A stretch of 64,000 bases of DNA from a virus. Made by a program: the position numbers and the translations under genes. Location of the stretch: the IMG/VR virus record IMGVR_UViG_3300000304_000007, positions 17,651-81,650 of that record. One strand, written 5' to 3'. Positions 48,141-56,464 of this stretch are shown here, piece by piece. The notes beneath the pieces are model-generated. The model saw nothing but the letters and a program-made list of their open reading frames with translations. It searched no databases and was not told where the DNA came from. How positions within the stretch are numbered: the stretch's first letter is position 1; every line of letters begins with the position of its first letter.

Positions 48141-50625
48141 CTACCCCGTTACCCATCTGCTTCCTGATGTGATTGGTGATAGCTTTGCCAAATATGGCAT
48201 CATCTGAGTAGGTATCTCCCTCAAGGTCAATATCTACTGCAGAGTTGTTACTCTTATGCTTACCCATTGCAACAGGTCTACCAGTGCCATCATAGATGAA
48301 GGTATAAGCTTCATTGGTGAAGAAAGGATCCTTGACTATGATGTTGTCTTCTCGTATATCCTTTTCCAGTCCCTCTACAATCACTGACCTGTTCTTGTTG
48401 GTAGTGATCCATCCAGGGATCTCTTCAACTTCTGGTCTGGTCTTGCCCTTTTTCCTGAGCAGTTTCTGAGAGTAATAGAGGTTTGGATACCCCTCATCCT
48501 GTAGAATGATGGTGACTGCAGCACCAACATCATTTGTCTCTGGAGCAAGCTTAGCATAGTTGAATTGAGTTCCTATGTCACCAAGAAGTCTGGCATATTT
48601 GTCAAGTGGAATTCTACCCTTGTAGCAGGCATTCTCTTCCCCATCCTTGTCCATCACAGTAAATGCAGAGTAGTCTGTTGCTCTACCAGTTGCACAGTCT
48701 GCACCGATGAAGTATTCTTTCTTGGGATCTACTTCGTTGAACTGCTTATACTGACCTCTAAGTCTAGTGGTGAGAATCGGATAATCGAAAAGACATTCTT
48801 CAATAGCCTTGATATCAGCAGGATCAAATACTGTATTACCTGAAGAAAGGAAGTCTCCATCAATCTCTTGGGCTGTTCTCTTAGGACCAAGAGCTTTTGC
48901 CATGGTATTATACCAGTTGTCATCCCTTTCGGGGTGCATTCTCCAGTAGAGACGAATTGGATTGATCCCGTTTACTCCCTGAACTGCATCTACCCAAGTG
49001 GAATGATAGAAGCCACCGATTCCCAAAGGCGTGTTGTGGCTTGGTAATGAGGGATTTACAAAGTAAGACTGATCTCCCTCTACGGAAATATCATATATCT
49101 TATCTTTGAATACTTCTAGGAGTTCTACTTTAGATAAAGTCAAACCATTAGCTCTACGTTCAGAAATAATCTTATTCAGATATTTCTTAGGTATAGAAAG
49201 GCCAGTTCTCCGGTATATCTCTTCTAAGATTATCTTTTGATAACCATTACCATTACTACCCGAATTCTTGAGATGTTTTACTCTTGGCCACATCTCTTTG
49301 ATTATACCCACTACTTGCAAATTCTTAATCTTACCCACTCTACTACCAACTGCCAGATTATAATTTATCTCAGTAGCTCTTCTAGTATTTTCAGAAACGG
49401 TAACTATCTCCAAGTTAGTAACGTAATTATCTTGTTTATTGCCGTTTATGTGATCTATGACATATCCTTTTGGTATGGGTCCTATGAAATGTTCAGCAAC
49501 TAACCTATGTATATTGAAGTTCTTGCTATGATTCTTATTCCAAAGTTTTATACGGAGATACCCCTGTAAATTGGGTCTACCCTTTTTCTCTACCCATCCA
49601 TTTGGTTTTTCAACAAATATCTGACCCAAGTTATTGATTTTATACTGAGGATAACCCTTAACCCTTTTCCACCTGATCTTGATAGGTTTTTGAGTAGTTT
49701 TGGGGAGCTTAAGAGAATCTATTCCCAGATCATACTCAATTACATTGAGATCCATTTCTAGAATCTCTTTGACGGGTTTCCATCCCCAAGTAGTCAATAA
49801 TTTATGAGCAGGGGTACATTTCAATTCAGTACCTTTTGAAGTCTTTATCTTCCATGTAAGTAGTTCACCTTTGTTGACAGAAGCCAATACTTTTTTCCAC
49901 TGTAGATTGTGAGTAAGCACCTCGATATTGAGCATAGAGATATCTCTTATACCCATTTCAGAAGGGCATACAGTATCTATTCTCATCAACCCATTACGAG
50001 TAACTATCTGAGTGTCACCGGTAACACAAGAATTAATAATTGCAGCACCTCCAGTTGACAGGGTAGGAAGAGCTGATGCCCAGATCTGATTTGCCCATCT
50101 TACTGCTGCTGCTTCATCAATGATAAGCAGAGAAAGTGATTCAGACCTACCGGCATTCTCCGAAGTAGGAATAGACTCTATCAGAGACCCGTTGCTGAAT
50201 TCCATTGCTTGGGATGAGCCGTATTCTCCGAATCTTCCGTTTATGATCGGAGTTTGAAGGTACCAGGGGAGATTCTTGTACATGAACTTTATCCTCTTGA
50301 GTACCTTCTTAGCAACGGTATCTTTGATAGAGATGATGTTTACTTTCTTGTTATCATGATACATGCAGAGCCAGAGAGAGAAAAGAGACATCAGCTCGGT
50401 GATTCCTGCCTGCCTGAATTTCAGGATTATATTGAATCGGTGAATGAGAAAGTTCCATAGCACTGATCTCTGGAATGGATACAGAGAAAAGGGAACCATC
50501 CCTCGAACTGGATGAACTACCTTGACATGGTTTGAGAAAGCATAGGGATCTCGAGTTACTCTTATCAGCTCTCTCAACTGATCTGGAGTAAGTGATCTAT
50601 TCTGTATTTCTTCTTTCTTTGCCAT
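48124..50625 (-). CDS. terL: Terminase large subunit with an intein
   Basis: LYPFQ, KFRQAGIT, IIDEAA, INS|TP.G split by the intein; nuclease domain IGADCATG, APETN, DDAIF. Confidence 0.95.
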   Translation of the reverse strand: MAKKEEIQNRSLTPDQLRELIRVTRDPYAFSNHVKVVHPVRGMVPFSLYPFQRSVLWNFLIHRFNIILKFRQAGITELMSLFSLWLCMYHDNKKVNIISIKDTVAKKVLKRIKFMYKNLPWYLQTPIINGRFGEYGSSQAMEFSNGSLIESIPTSENAGRSESLSLLIIDEAAAVRWANQIWASALPTLSTGGAAIINSCVTGDTQIVTRNGLMRIDTVCPSEMGIRDISMLNIEVLTHNLQWKKVLASVNKGELLTWKIKTSKGTELKCTPAHKLLTTWGWKPVKEILEMDLNVIEYDLGIDSLKLPKTTQKPIKIRWKRVKGYPQYKINNLGQIFVEKPNGWVEKKGRPNLQGYLRIKLWNKNHSKNFNIHRLVAEHFIGPIPKGYVIDHINGNKQDNYVTNLEIVTVSENTRRATEINYNLAVGSRVGKIKNLQVVGIIKEMWPRVKHLKNSGSNGNGYQKIILEEIYRRTGLSIPKKYLNKIISERRANGLTLSKVELLEVFKDKIYDISVEGDQSYFVNPSLPSHNTPLGIGGFYHSTWVDAVQGVNGINPIRLYWRMHPERDDNWYNTMAKALGPKRTAQEIDGDFLSSGNTVFDPADIKAIEECLFDYPILTTRLRGQYKQFNEVDPKKEYFIGADCATGRATDYSAFTVMDKDGEENACYKGRIPLDKYARLLGDIGTQFNYAKLAPETNDVGAAVTIILQDEGYPNLYYSQKLLRKKGKTRPEVEEIPGWITTNKNRSVIVEGLEKDIREDNIIVKDPFFTNEAYTFIYDGTGRPVAMGKHKSNNSAVDIDLEGDTYSDDAIFGKAITNHIRKQMGNGVVVLPE
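49033..50028 (-). mobile_element. Intein (332 aa) carrying a NUMOD4-HNH endonuclease
   Basis: Starts CVTGDTQI, ends YDISVEGDQSYFV...SHN followed by Thr; internal WKRVKGYPQYKIN...IHRLVAEHF...DHINGNKQDN. Confidence 0.95.
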
Positions 50626-50628
50626 GTT

Positions 50629-51300
50629 CTAAAAGTTGTATCGAAATCTGAGGAATACATCTAAGCCCGGGTATTTTTGAAGCTTAGGGTAGTAGTATCC
50701 GTTGAGTCCGAATTCATAATTGATTTTCCTGGTATTGTATGATATTCCCAAATCCAAATCCCAGAGATTGTGAACCGGTCTGGTTTGAATCTGGGCAAAG
50801 GGTTGTATCTTCTGCCAAAATGAAACTCTATCTGAAGTAAGATGATCGGTATATTGATACTGTGAAAATCTAGTGTCAACTGAATAAGTTTCACGATAAA
50901 TGTTACCCTGAACATTGAGAAGTGCAAGGGATAGCTTCCTTTCACTGAAATTGAGTTGAAGAAGTTTCGGAGCATGAGGATACTGAGTTAAGAAGTTTGT
51001 GTTGTAGAATAGACTTGAAGAATCCCTTTCGGTAATGATGAGGGTATCAGTCTGAATCTTAACATTCTCAACATAACTTGTATCAGTGAAGTAGAAGAAG
51101 ATTCTCTTTGGAAAATTCTTGAACTCTAAGTCAGGACTTCTCAAAAAGAAATCACTAACATACACAGTATCTATCTTCGTCGGTTTACCGGACGAAGAAT
51201 CATCGGAGGACGTAGTCCGGAGATGATGGCAGTATAATGACAACACCAAGATAATTGTTGCCATCATTCCGATGAGTATGTATGGTAGTGATTTCTTCAT
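50629..51300 (-). CDS. N-terminally anchored membrane protein with a beta-rich C-terminus (spanin-like candidate)
   Basis: TM helix at aa ~6-24; DTVYV/DTLII motifs; ends LDVFLRFRYNF. Confidence 0.5.
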   Translation of the reverse strand: MKKSLPYILIGMMATIILVLSLYCHHLRTTSSDDSSSGKPTKIDTVYVSDFFLRSPDLEFKNFPKRIFFYFTDTSYVENVKIQTDTLIITERDSSSLFYNTNFLTQYPHAPKLLQLNFSERKLSLALLNVQGNIYRETYSVDTRFSQYQYTDHLTSDRVSFWQKIQPFAQIQTRPVHNLWDLDLGISYNTRKINYEFGLNGYYYPKLQKYPGLDVFLRFRYNF

Positions 51301-51379
51301 GTCAAAAGCGGTTAATGTTATTCAATAGTCTCGGAAGAAGGTTATCCTACTAAAGATCTGCGCGTTTTTCTTTAGGTAA

Positions 51380-51548
51380 GATTAGCTATGCTAATCGTCC
51401 TAAAGGACGAATACAAGAGATATAAGCTATGCTATATCTCTTGTATGAGTAGAGTATGATTATATTATTTCCCTTGTTTTTTAGGGGGATTATAGGGGGT
51501 TAATTCTCTTTTTCTGGTTCTCTTTTTCTCTTATTAGGGGGTTAAAGG
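51380..51548. repeat. Cluster of inverted and direct repeats upstream of the packaging/head operon
   Basis: gattagc-tat-gctaatc; tcgtcc-taaa-ggacga; 14-bp perfect IR 51411-51424 / 51433-51446; AGCTATGCTA twice; repeated AGGGGG and TCTCTTTTTCT. Confidence 0.8.
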
Positions 51549-52576
51549 GTACCTTTTGTAACTTCCGAGATAGCTTTCTCCAGGCACTGAGAAAACCAAA
51601 GGCCAATCTCATAGACTGCCCCCTTAGTCAAGGTATTCCTACCCTTGTTCAACCAGTAGGTTCTCTTCTTCCTGTCAAAGTACACTTGAAAATCTTCTGG
51701 GAATCCCATGATGACACGATATTCATCTAGACCCATGATCTTTCCTCTGTGATTGAATTGCCTTGAAGATGGTCTCACTGTCATTGGATATGCTCTTGCC
51801 TTGTTTCGATAGACCCCGGGAAGAGTCTTCATCTTAGTTCCCGGCATTGGCCACTTGTACATATCCTTGAAATCGGTTCTCCAGAGTTTTCTTACCTCTT
51901 CAACGGTGAGATTCTTCTTCTCGGGCAACTTCCTAGAATCATACATTGCCAATACTTTGTTCTTGTCTTCCCTGTAGTTCAGTTTCTTTCTTCTCATCTG
52001 ATACAGTTCCCAGCATTTCTTAAGCTTATTAACTGAGTACACTTTGGCAAAATACTGCACTAATTCCTGATGATCCCTCCTGATGCCAATCAACAGGAGA
52101 CGTTTTCTAGAAACTTGAGAATTACCAAAAGCAGACACTGAATAGCAATGAACAATGAATTCATAATCCGGAAACTTCCATTTCCACTCATCCAGAGGAA
52201 TCAAGTCTAACAGCTTGGGAAGATTCTCCATTGCCCATATTTTCGGCCTAAAATGGTCAATTTGGCTCAAATATAGATTAAGAGTCTTATCCTCTCTCGG
52301 TTTGCCCAGAGACTTCTTCCGGGAATATGAAAATACACTAGAGTGTCCACAAGAGGGAGAACCCAGTATTACATCTACCCTCTTCTTAAGAAATTGGTCT
52401 GGAGTCTTAGCAAAAGGTATGCCAGGGAAATTCAATTCCCACTGCTCTTCTTGAGAGCTATGAAAAACCCCTCTTGGCTCCACATTTCCGATAATCCGTA
52501 AATTTGAATTATTCAAAATTGGGTACAGGAGGGCGCCCTGGGCTGCACAACAGCCTAACACGTTGATCTTCTTCAT
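51542..52576 (-). CDS. DNA (cytosine-5) methyltransferase-like protein
   Basis: GSPSC (motif IV), MENLP (VI), QVSRKRLLLIG (VIII), YRVIMGFPEDF (IX); motif I atypical (GCCAAQG). Confidence 0.85.
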   Translation of the reverse strand: MKKINVLGCCAAQGALLYPILNNSNLRIIGNVEPRGVFHSSQEEQWELNFPGIPFAKTPDQFLKKRVDVILGSPSCGHSSVFSYSRKKSLGKPREDKTLNLYLSQIDHFRPKIWAMENLPKLLDLIPLDEWKWKFPDYEFIVHCYSVSAFGNSQVSRKRLLLIGIRRDHQELVQYFAKVYSVNKLKKCWELYQMRRKKLNYREDKNKVLAMYDSRKLPEKKNLTVEEVRKLWRTDFKDMYKWPMPGTKMKTLPGVYRNKARAYPMTVRPSSRQFNHRGKIMGLDEYRVIMGFPEDFQVYFDRKKRTYWLNKGRNTLTKGAVYEIGLWFSQCLEKAISEVTKGTL

Positions 52577-52640
52577 ACTTCTTGATGATTTTAACTTAAA
52601 TATGCTTCAGAAGAGTATTGGGTGATAACTATCCAAATTT

Positions 52641-52859
52641 ATGGAAGCACTTAAAATAATTCGAGCAGAGGTGGAAAAGCAATCATTTGCAGAGATTCCA
52701 GAGGAAGCTAAAGATGCAATAAGGAGAAATCCTCCCCTCTTCTCTTCTGGAGCACCCCGGGTAGACTTTGAAAACTTCAGGTTTGAAGTCGTCACTATAA
52801 AAGTACAATATAGTGAAGACAGGTACGATACATTTATGAACTTATATATGATTGAGTAA
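52641..52859 (+). CDS. Hypothetical protein
   Basis: Starts the + strand island; overlaps the next gene. Confidence 0.6.
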   Translation: MEALKIIRAEVEKQSFAEIPEEAKDAIRRNPPLFSSGAPRVDFENFRFEVVTIKVQYSEDRYDTFMNLYMIE

Positions 52860-53175
52860 TATGAAATATCACGAAGGAGATCACTTGCTCGTATATGGGC
52901 AGTATCATGTGGAGAAAGCCACAATCACCAAAGTAGAAAAGGGATTCTTGGTTCTGGACAATCAGATGAAGGTTGACAGGGATCTCAAGGTCCTGAATGC
53001 AAAATCGGCATTCACAGTAGAGAATTGGGATGAGAACAAGTACAAGTTCCTGCATTATCGATCCATGATGGAGAAGAAGATAAGCCAACTCCAGAATGGC
53101 TATAGAAAGCTAGATCAGGATGCCCTCATTCGAGTATATGAGAAGTTGGACAAGCTAATTGGGAAGTACTTATGA
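52852..53175 (+). CDS. Hypothetical protein (SH3-like beta N-terminus)
   Basis: 107 aa; coupled to its neighbours. Confidence 0.7.
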   Translation: MSNMKYHEGDHLLVYGQYHVEKATITKVEKGFLVLDNQMKVDRDLKVLNAKSAFTVENWDENKYKFLHYRSMMEKKISQLQNGYRKLDQDALIRVYEKLDKLIGKYL

Positions 53176-53279
53176 AGACATCGTTCATAGTTCTCGGGAT
53201 TCTATTGCTAATTCTAGTCATCTGGTTAGTGATAATACTGGTACGGGAATACAGCCGTTATCATCCGCCGAGAAAATAA
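53172..53279 (+). CDS. Small single-TM protein (35 aa)
   Basis: Below the cutoff. MKTSFIVLGILLLILVIWLVIILVREYSRYHPPRK; ATGA overlap with the previous gene. Confidence 0.65.
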   Translation: MKTSFIVLGILLLILVIWLVIILVREYSRYHPPRK

Positions 53280-53294
53280 TCCAAATTTTATAAT

Positions 53295-53304
53295 TATATT
53301 TGCA
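53295..53304 (+). promoter_or_regulatory. TAnnTTTG promoter box
   Basis: TATATTTGCA, 26 nt before the ATG at 53331. Confidence 0.55.
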
Positions 53305-53330
53305 TCAGAAAAACATAAAAATATAGGATT

Positions 53331-53546
53331 ATGGGACAGAGAAACTGGATAGGAGGCATGCTTGGATGGCTCATCACAGATGCCTTTTTGAAAAACATCA
53401 TTAGTGGAGCAGAGGGAGCTGCCTCTGGAGGCAAATTCATAAAAGACTGCTTTGATTCCTGTGATGCAGATATCAAGGCTGCCTTCTGGAAGAAAGCTCT
53501 TCTCATAGTGGGAACTGGGATATTGTTAACTCTAATATTTGCATGA
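53331..53546 (+). CDS. Small membrane protein
   Basis: Hydrophobic N- and C-terminal segments. Confidence 0.65.
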   Translation: MGQRNWIGGMLGWLITDAFLKNIISGAEGAASGGKFIKDCFDSCDADIKAAFWKKALLIVGTGILLTLIFA

Positions 53547-53805
53547 CATGGAAACTCTTACAATCGGATGGAAAATTTTCTGGTGCTTATTCTGCCTGTC
53601 TTATGTAGCAGGATTTGCAATAGTCAAGGCTATTGACAAGATAATCTATGATGAGGGGAGGGACACTAAGTCTTGGCCACACTGGGCAACTCTTCTCACA
53701 CTGTGGGCATTCTCCCCAGTGCTTGTAATAAAGACTGCAATATGGGCAGTTATCACCTGGTTTAGGCTATCAAAGAAGTTTTCTAAAGCTACACACACAA
53801 AATAA
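53539..53805 (+). CDS. Small two-TM membrane protein
   Basis: Two hydrophobic helices and a basic tail. Confidence 0.7.
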   Translation: MHDMETLTIGWKIFWCLFCLSYVAGFAIVKAIDKIIYDEGRDTKSWPHWATLLTLWAFSPVLVIKTAIWAVITWFRLSKKFSKATHTK

Positions 53806-53829
53806 CCCGGGTAAAATGCCCGGGTTATT
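53801..53829. terminator. Bidirectional terminator
   Basis: Perfect 11-bp IR aataacccggg / cccgggttatt between convergent genes. Confidence 0.8.
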
Positions 53830-53845
53830 CTTTGAGTATGCTGGA

Positions 53846-55600
53846 TTATTCTATAGTCCAGCTTTCATTTGTGTCTATATCTATGGTCTTAGATCCACCA
53901 GATGCTTCAAATGAGAGTGAAGCAGGGCTAACATTCAAGTAGTTGTCGGCTTTAGCCTGAGTTATAGTCCAAGAGAAGTGATCGGATCCCAGATCACCAA
54001 CCTGAAGATCCCCCTCTAATACACCACTCCTTACTAGATTAGTCTTATTCTCATCAATGGTTACTCCCACCATAGGCTGGTCGGGGTATTCATAAGTACC
54101 ATCTGGAGCCATAGTGGCATTAGAGAATTCAACCCCTGACCAAGATATATCTCCCGGGGCAGTCTTTACTCCATTGATCAAATCTTCTGGATATATGGTA
54201 TCAGTAGCATTAGAAGTATATTTGGCATTAATTGCTACTGCAGCTACTACTGCAATGCTTGCTGAAGCCTGTCCTGAATTAGCATCTATGCTTATTGAGG
54301 ATCCTGCAACGAAAGGTGCCTCATAATTTCCTGAAGAACCTTCTAACTTAGATAGATACCCCTGAGTGAAGGTTACAGATTCTACCTTGTTCTCTTCCTG
54401 GTATATCTCTAGAGTATTCGAAGTACCAGTCTTGCCATTGATAGTGACTGTACAGTATACATCAGCAATCTTGGTTCTAGCTTTTGGTGTAGTGCCCAGA
54501 CTATCTCCGCTTATGTAGGCATAATCTCCATCCCAGCCGCCAGCACCTCCGAACCATTCTATATCAAATCCAATAGGATCATCTCCTGTTGACCATTCTA
54601 TGCTACCACCCCCAGTAGTAGAACCATTATATCCCCAAGTCTGGGTAAAGGATACAACCAGAACTGTATCATTTCCATCAGCAGGAGCATCTGGTGATTC
54701 GGGTTTTGAATAGTTTATGGTGACTACAGGATCTCCATAGGTTATCTGGGCAGCACTCTGAGTGATTGAACAAGTTGCTGAGGTACCATGAGATCCAGAG
54801 AAGGATATGGTAGCATTCCTTGCTGAGTCTCCTGTGTATTCCGTCACAGTCACTGTCACAGTATTTCCAGAGGTTTTCACTGTAGCCCAAGTCTGGTTGG
54901 AGCTAGCAGTCCAAGTATCATTAGATGTGACTGTAATGTCAAAGGATCCTCCCTTGCCCTCTACTGTCTTAGAGGTAGGGTTCACTGAGAGGTTGTATCC
55001 CTGACCTACCTGAGTTACCGAGAGTGTAGCACTTCCACTATGTGATCCCCTGAAGGTGATAGTTCCGGTTCTAGCCTCTGCTCCTGAGTTAGCCGACTGA
55101 GTAGTGAATGTTACCGTGTCATTGCCTGACCCAGTAGATTTGCTTACTCCCAGCCATTCTGGAGCTCCTGTGACAGTCCAGCCCTGATTTGCTGTCACCG
55201 TCACTGCTTTGTAGGATCCAGAGGTGTTTTCCAGACTGATTGAGGTAGGATTGATGCTGATTGTGTAGGCATCGTGTTTTGCCTGTTCTACTGATACTCT
55301 GACTTCCACTTCTTCTGAGCGGAATAGCAGAGTAGCTGATCGAGAGGATGAGGCAGAGGTATTCTCTGTCACATTCAGAGTAATCTCTTCAGTGTCAGGT
55401 TCTTTGACCTCAGAGCCTCCGCTCTTCTTAGATACCGTTAGCCAGGAAGTTTCTCCTGACACATACTCCCATGGTTTGTTGAAAGTAACCACTAGAGTAG
55501 TGGAGTCTGCTCCATAGCTAGGCTTCCAGCTTAAAGGTTGGATGGAGAACGAGGTAGGCTGGCCGACCTTCCTGTTCTGCATGAAAAATAAGGTATTCAT
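53846..55600 (-). CDS. BACON-repeat fibre protein (three full BACONs, one 2025-aa-type repeat, one further domain, C-terminal half BACON)
   Basis: WTVTGAPEWLGVSKSTGSGN...ARTGTITF; SLGTTPKARTKI; ends YLNVSPASLSFEASGGSKTIDIDTNESWTIE. Confidence 0.88.
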   Translation of the reverse strand: MNTLFFMQNRKVGQPTSFSIQPLSWKPSYGADSTTLVVTFNKPWEYVSGETSWLTVSKKSGGSEVKEPDTEEITLNVTENTSASSSRSATLLFRSEEVEVRVSVEQAKHDAYTISINPTSISLENTSGSYKAVTVTANQGWTVTGAPEWLGVSKSTGSGNDTVTFTTQSANSGAEARTGTITFRGSHSGSATLSVTQVGQGYNLSVNPTSKTVEGKGGSFDITVTSNDTWTASSNQTWATVKTSGNTVTVTVTEYTGDSARNATISFSGSHGTSATCSITQSAAQITYGDPVVTINYSKPESPDAPADGNDTVLVVSFTQTWGYNGSTTGGGSIEWSTGDDPIGFDIEWFGGAGGWDGDYAYISGDSLGTTPKARTKIADVYCTVTINGKTGTSNTLEIYQEENKVESVTFTQGYLSKLEGSSGNYEAPFVAGSSISIDANSGQASASIAVVAAVAINAKYTSNATDTIYPEDLINGVKTAPGDISWSGVEFSNATMAPDGTYEYPDQPMVGVTIDENKTNLVRSGVLEGDLQVGDLGSDHFSWTITQAKADNYLNVSPASLSFEASGGSKTIDIDTNESWTIE

Positions 55601-55683
55601 TCCAGAATGATTTAGAATTAAGGGACCCGAGCGATTCTCGGAGTTCTATTTCCCTATACTTAATATTAATCTTTTGGTATCGT

Positions 55684-55986
55684 ATGAGAGGCAATATCAT
55701 TTCACAAGCAGACTGGTTCATCTATTGGCTTACCATCACTGGAAGGCCAAGGGATTTGGACCATCGAATTAAAATCTACAGGCCCGAGTTCAAGCAGTGG
55801 ATGAAGGATCACAATCTGAGATTTTCACCTTCCTTTTTTGAGTGCTTTGCAACCCTGAGAGCTTGGTATAACCTGAGGTCAAAGAGAAATAGAAGTAATT
55901 ACCTTGAGTTATATAGGGTGGATTCTACTTATATCTCTTTGAGTAATGCAATAACCCTTAGAATAGAGGAGGAGCTAGCAAAATGA
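55684..55986 (+). CDS. Hypothetical protein
   Basis: First of four coupled + strand ORFs. Confidence 0.7.
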   Translation: MRGNIISQADWFIYWLTITGRPRDLDHRIKIYRPEFKQWMKDHNLRFSPSFFECFATLRAWYNLRSKRNRSNYLELYRVDSTYISLSNAITLRIEEELAK

Positions 55987-56282
55987 AATTCAACAAAGCA
56001 ATGGTGAAAGCCTATATGTGCTGGATAGTGTTAACTGATCCAGAATATGAGTTTAGGAATCCTTTTCCTGGCACTCTCTATATCAGGAATCCTTTTAGGG
56101 GATTTGCTAAGAAGAATCCTGAATGGAGTTTATTCCCTTTGACCTTTTTTCGGGGCCGTGGTGATATAGATATCATTGAGGAGGTATTAAATGATATGGA
56201 ATATTCTTCAGAGAGTACTAAAGAACGCATTATGGAAACCGTAACTAAATGGTACAAGGAGTTAGAGCAAAATGAGAACTAG
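55983..56282 (+). CDS. Hypothetical protein
   Basis: ATGA overlap. Confidence 0.7.
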   Translation: MKFNKAMVKAYMCWIVLTDPEYEFRNPFPGTLYIRNPFRGFAKKNPEWSLFPLTFFRGRGDIDIIEEVLNDMEYSSESTKERIMETVTKWYKELEQNEN

Positions 56283-56454
56283 ATTTTTGAGATTGCCTGA
56301 CAGGTTGATCAATATCTCTGAGATTCAGGAGATAGTTGAAATTGAGGGCCCTTATCCTCAGAATAAGAAGTCAAGGATCATTATGAAGAGGGAAGGCTTT
56401 GATTACATTGATGTGGATATTCCGTTGAAGGAATTGGCTTTTATGTTGGGGTGA
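56272..56454 (+). CDS. Hypothetical protein
   Basis: 60 aa; RLINISEIQEI. Confidence 0.65.
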   Translation: MRTRFLRLPDRLINISEIQEIVEIEGPYPQNKKSRIIMKREGFDYIDVDIPLKELAFMLG

Positions 56455-56464
56455 GGGTAGTATC

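Noticed and set aside
797-50460. The many 60-125 aa + strand ORFs (and short alternate-frame - strand ORFs) nested in long - strand genes
   Set aside because: Antisense or alternate-frame shadows of well-supported genes, with no motifs and no independent leaders.
1150-51330. TTGAATAA upstream of the TS-like, tail tube and 223-aa genes as a late promoter
   Set aside because: One copy is simply the sheath gene's final codons (GTT GAA TAA), it is absent upstream of other late genes, and three hits are plausible by chance.
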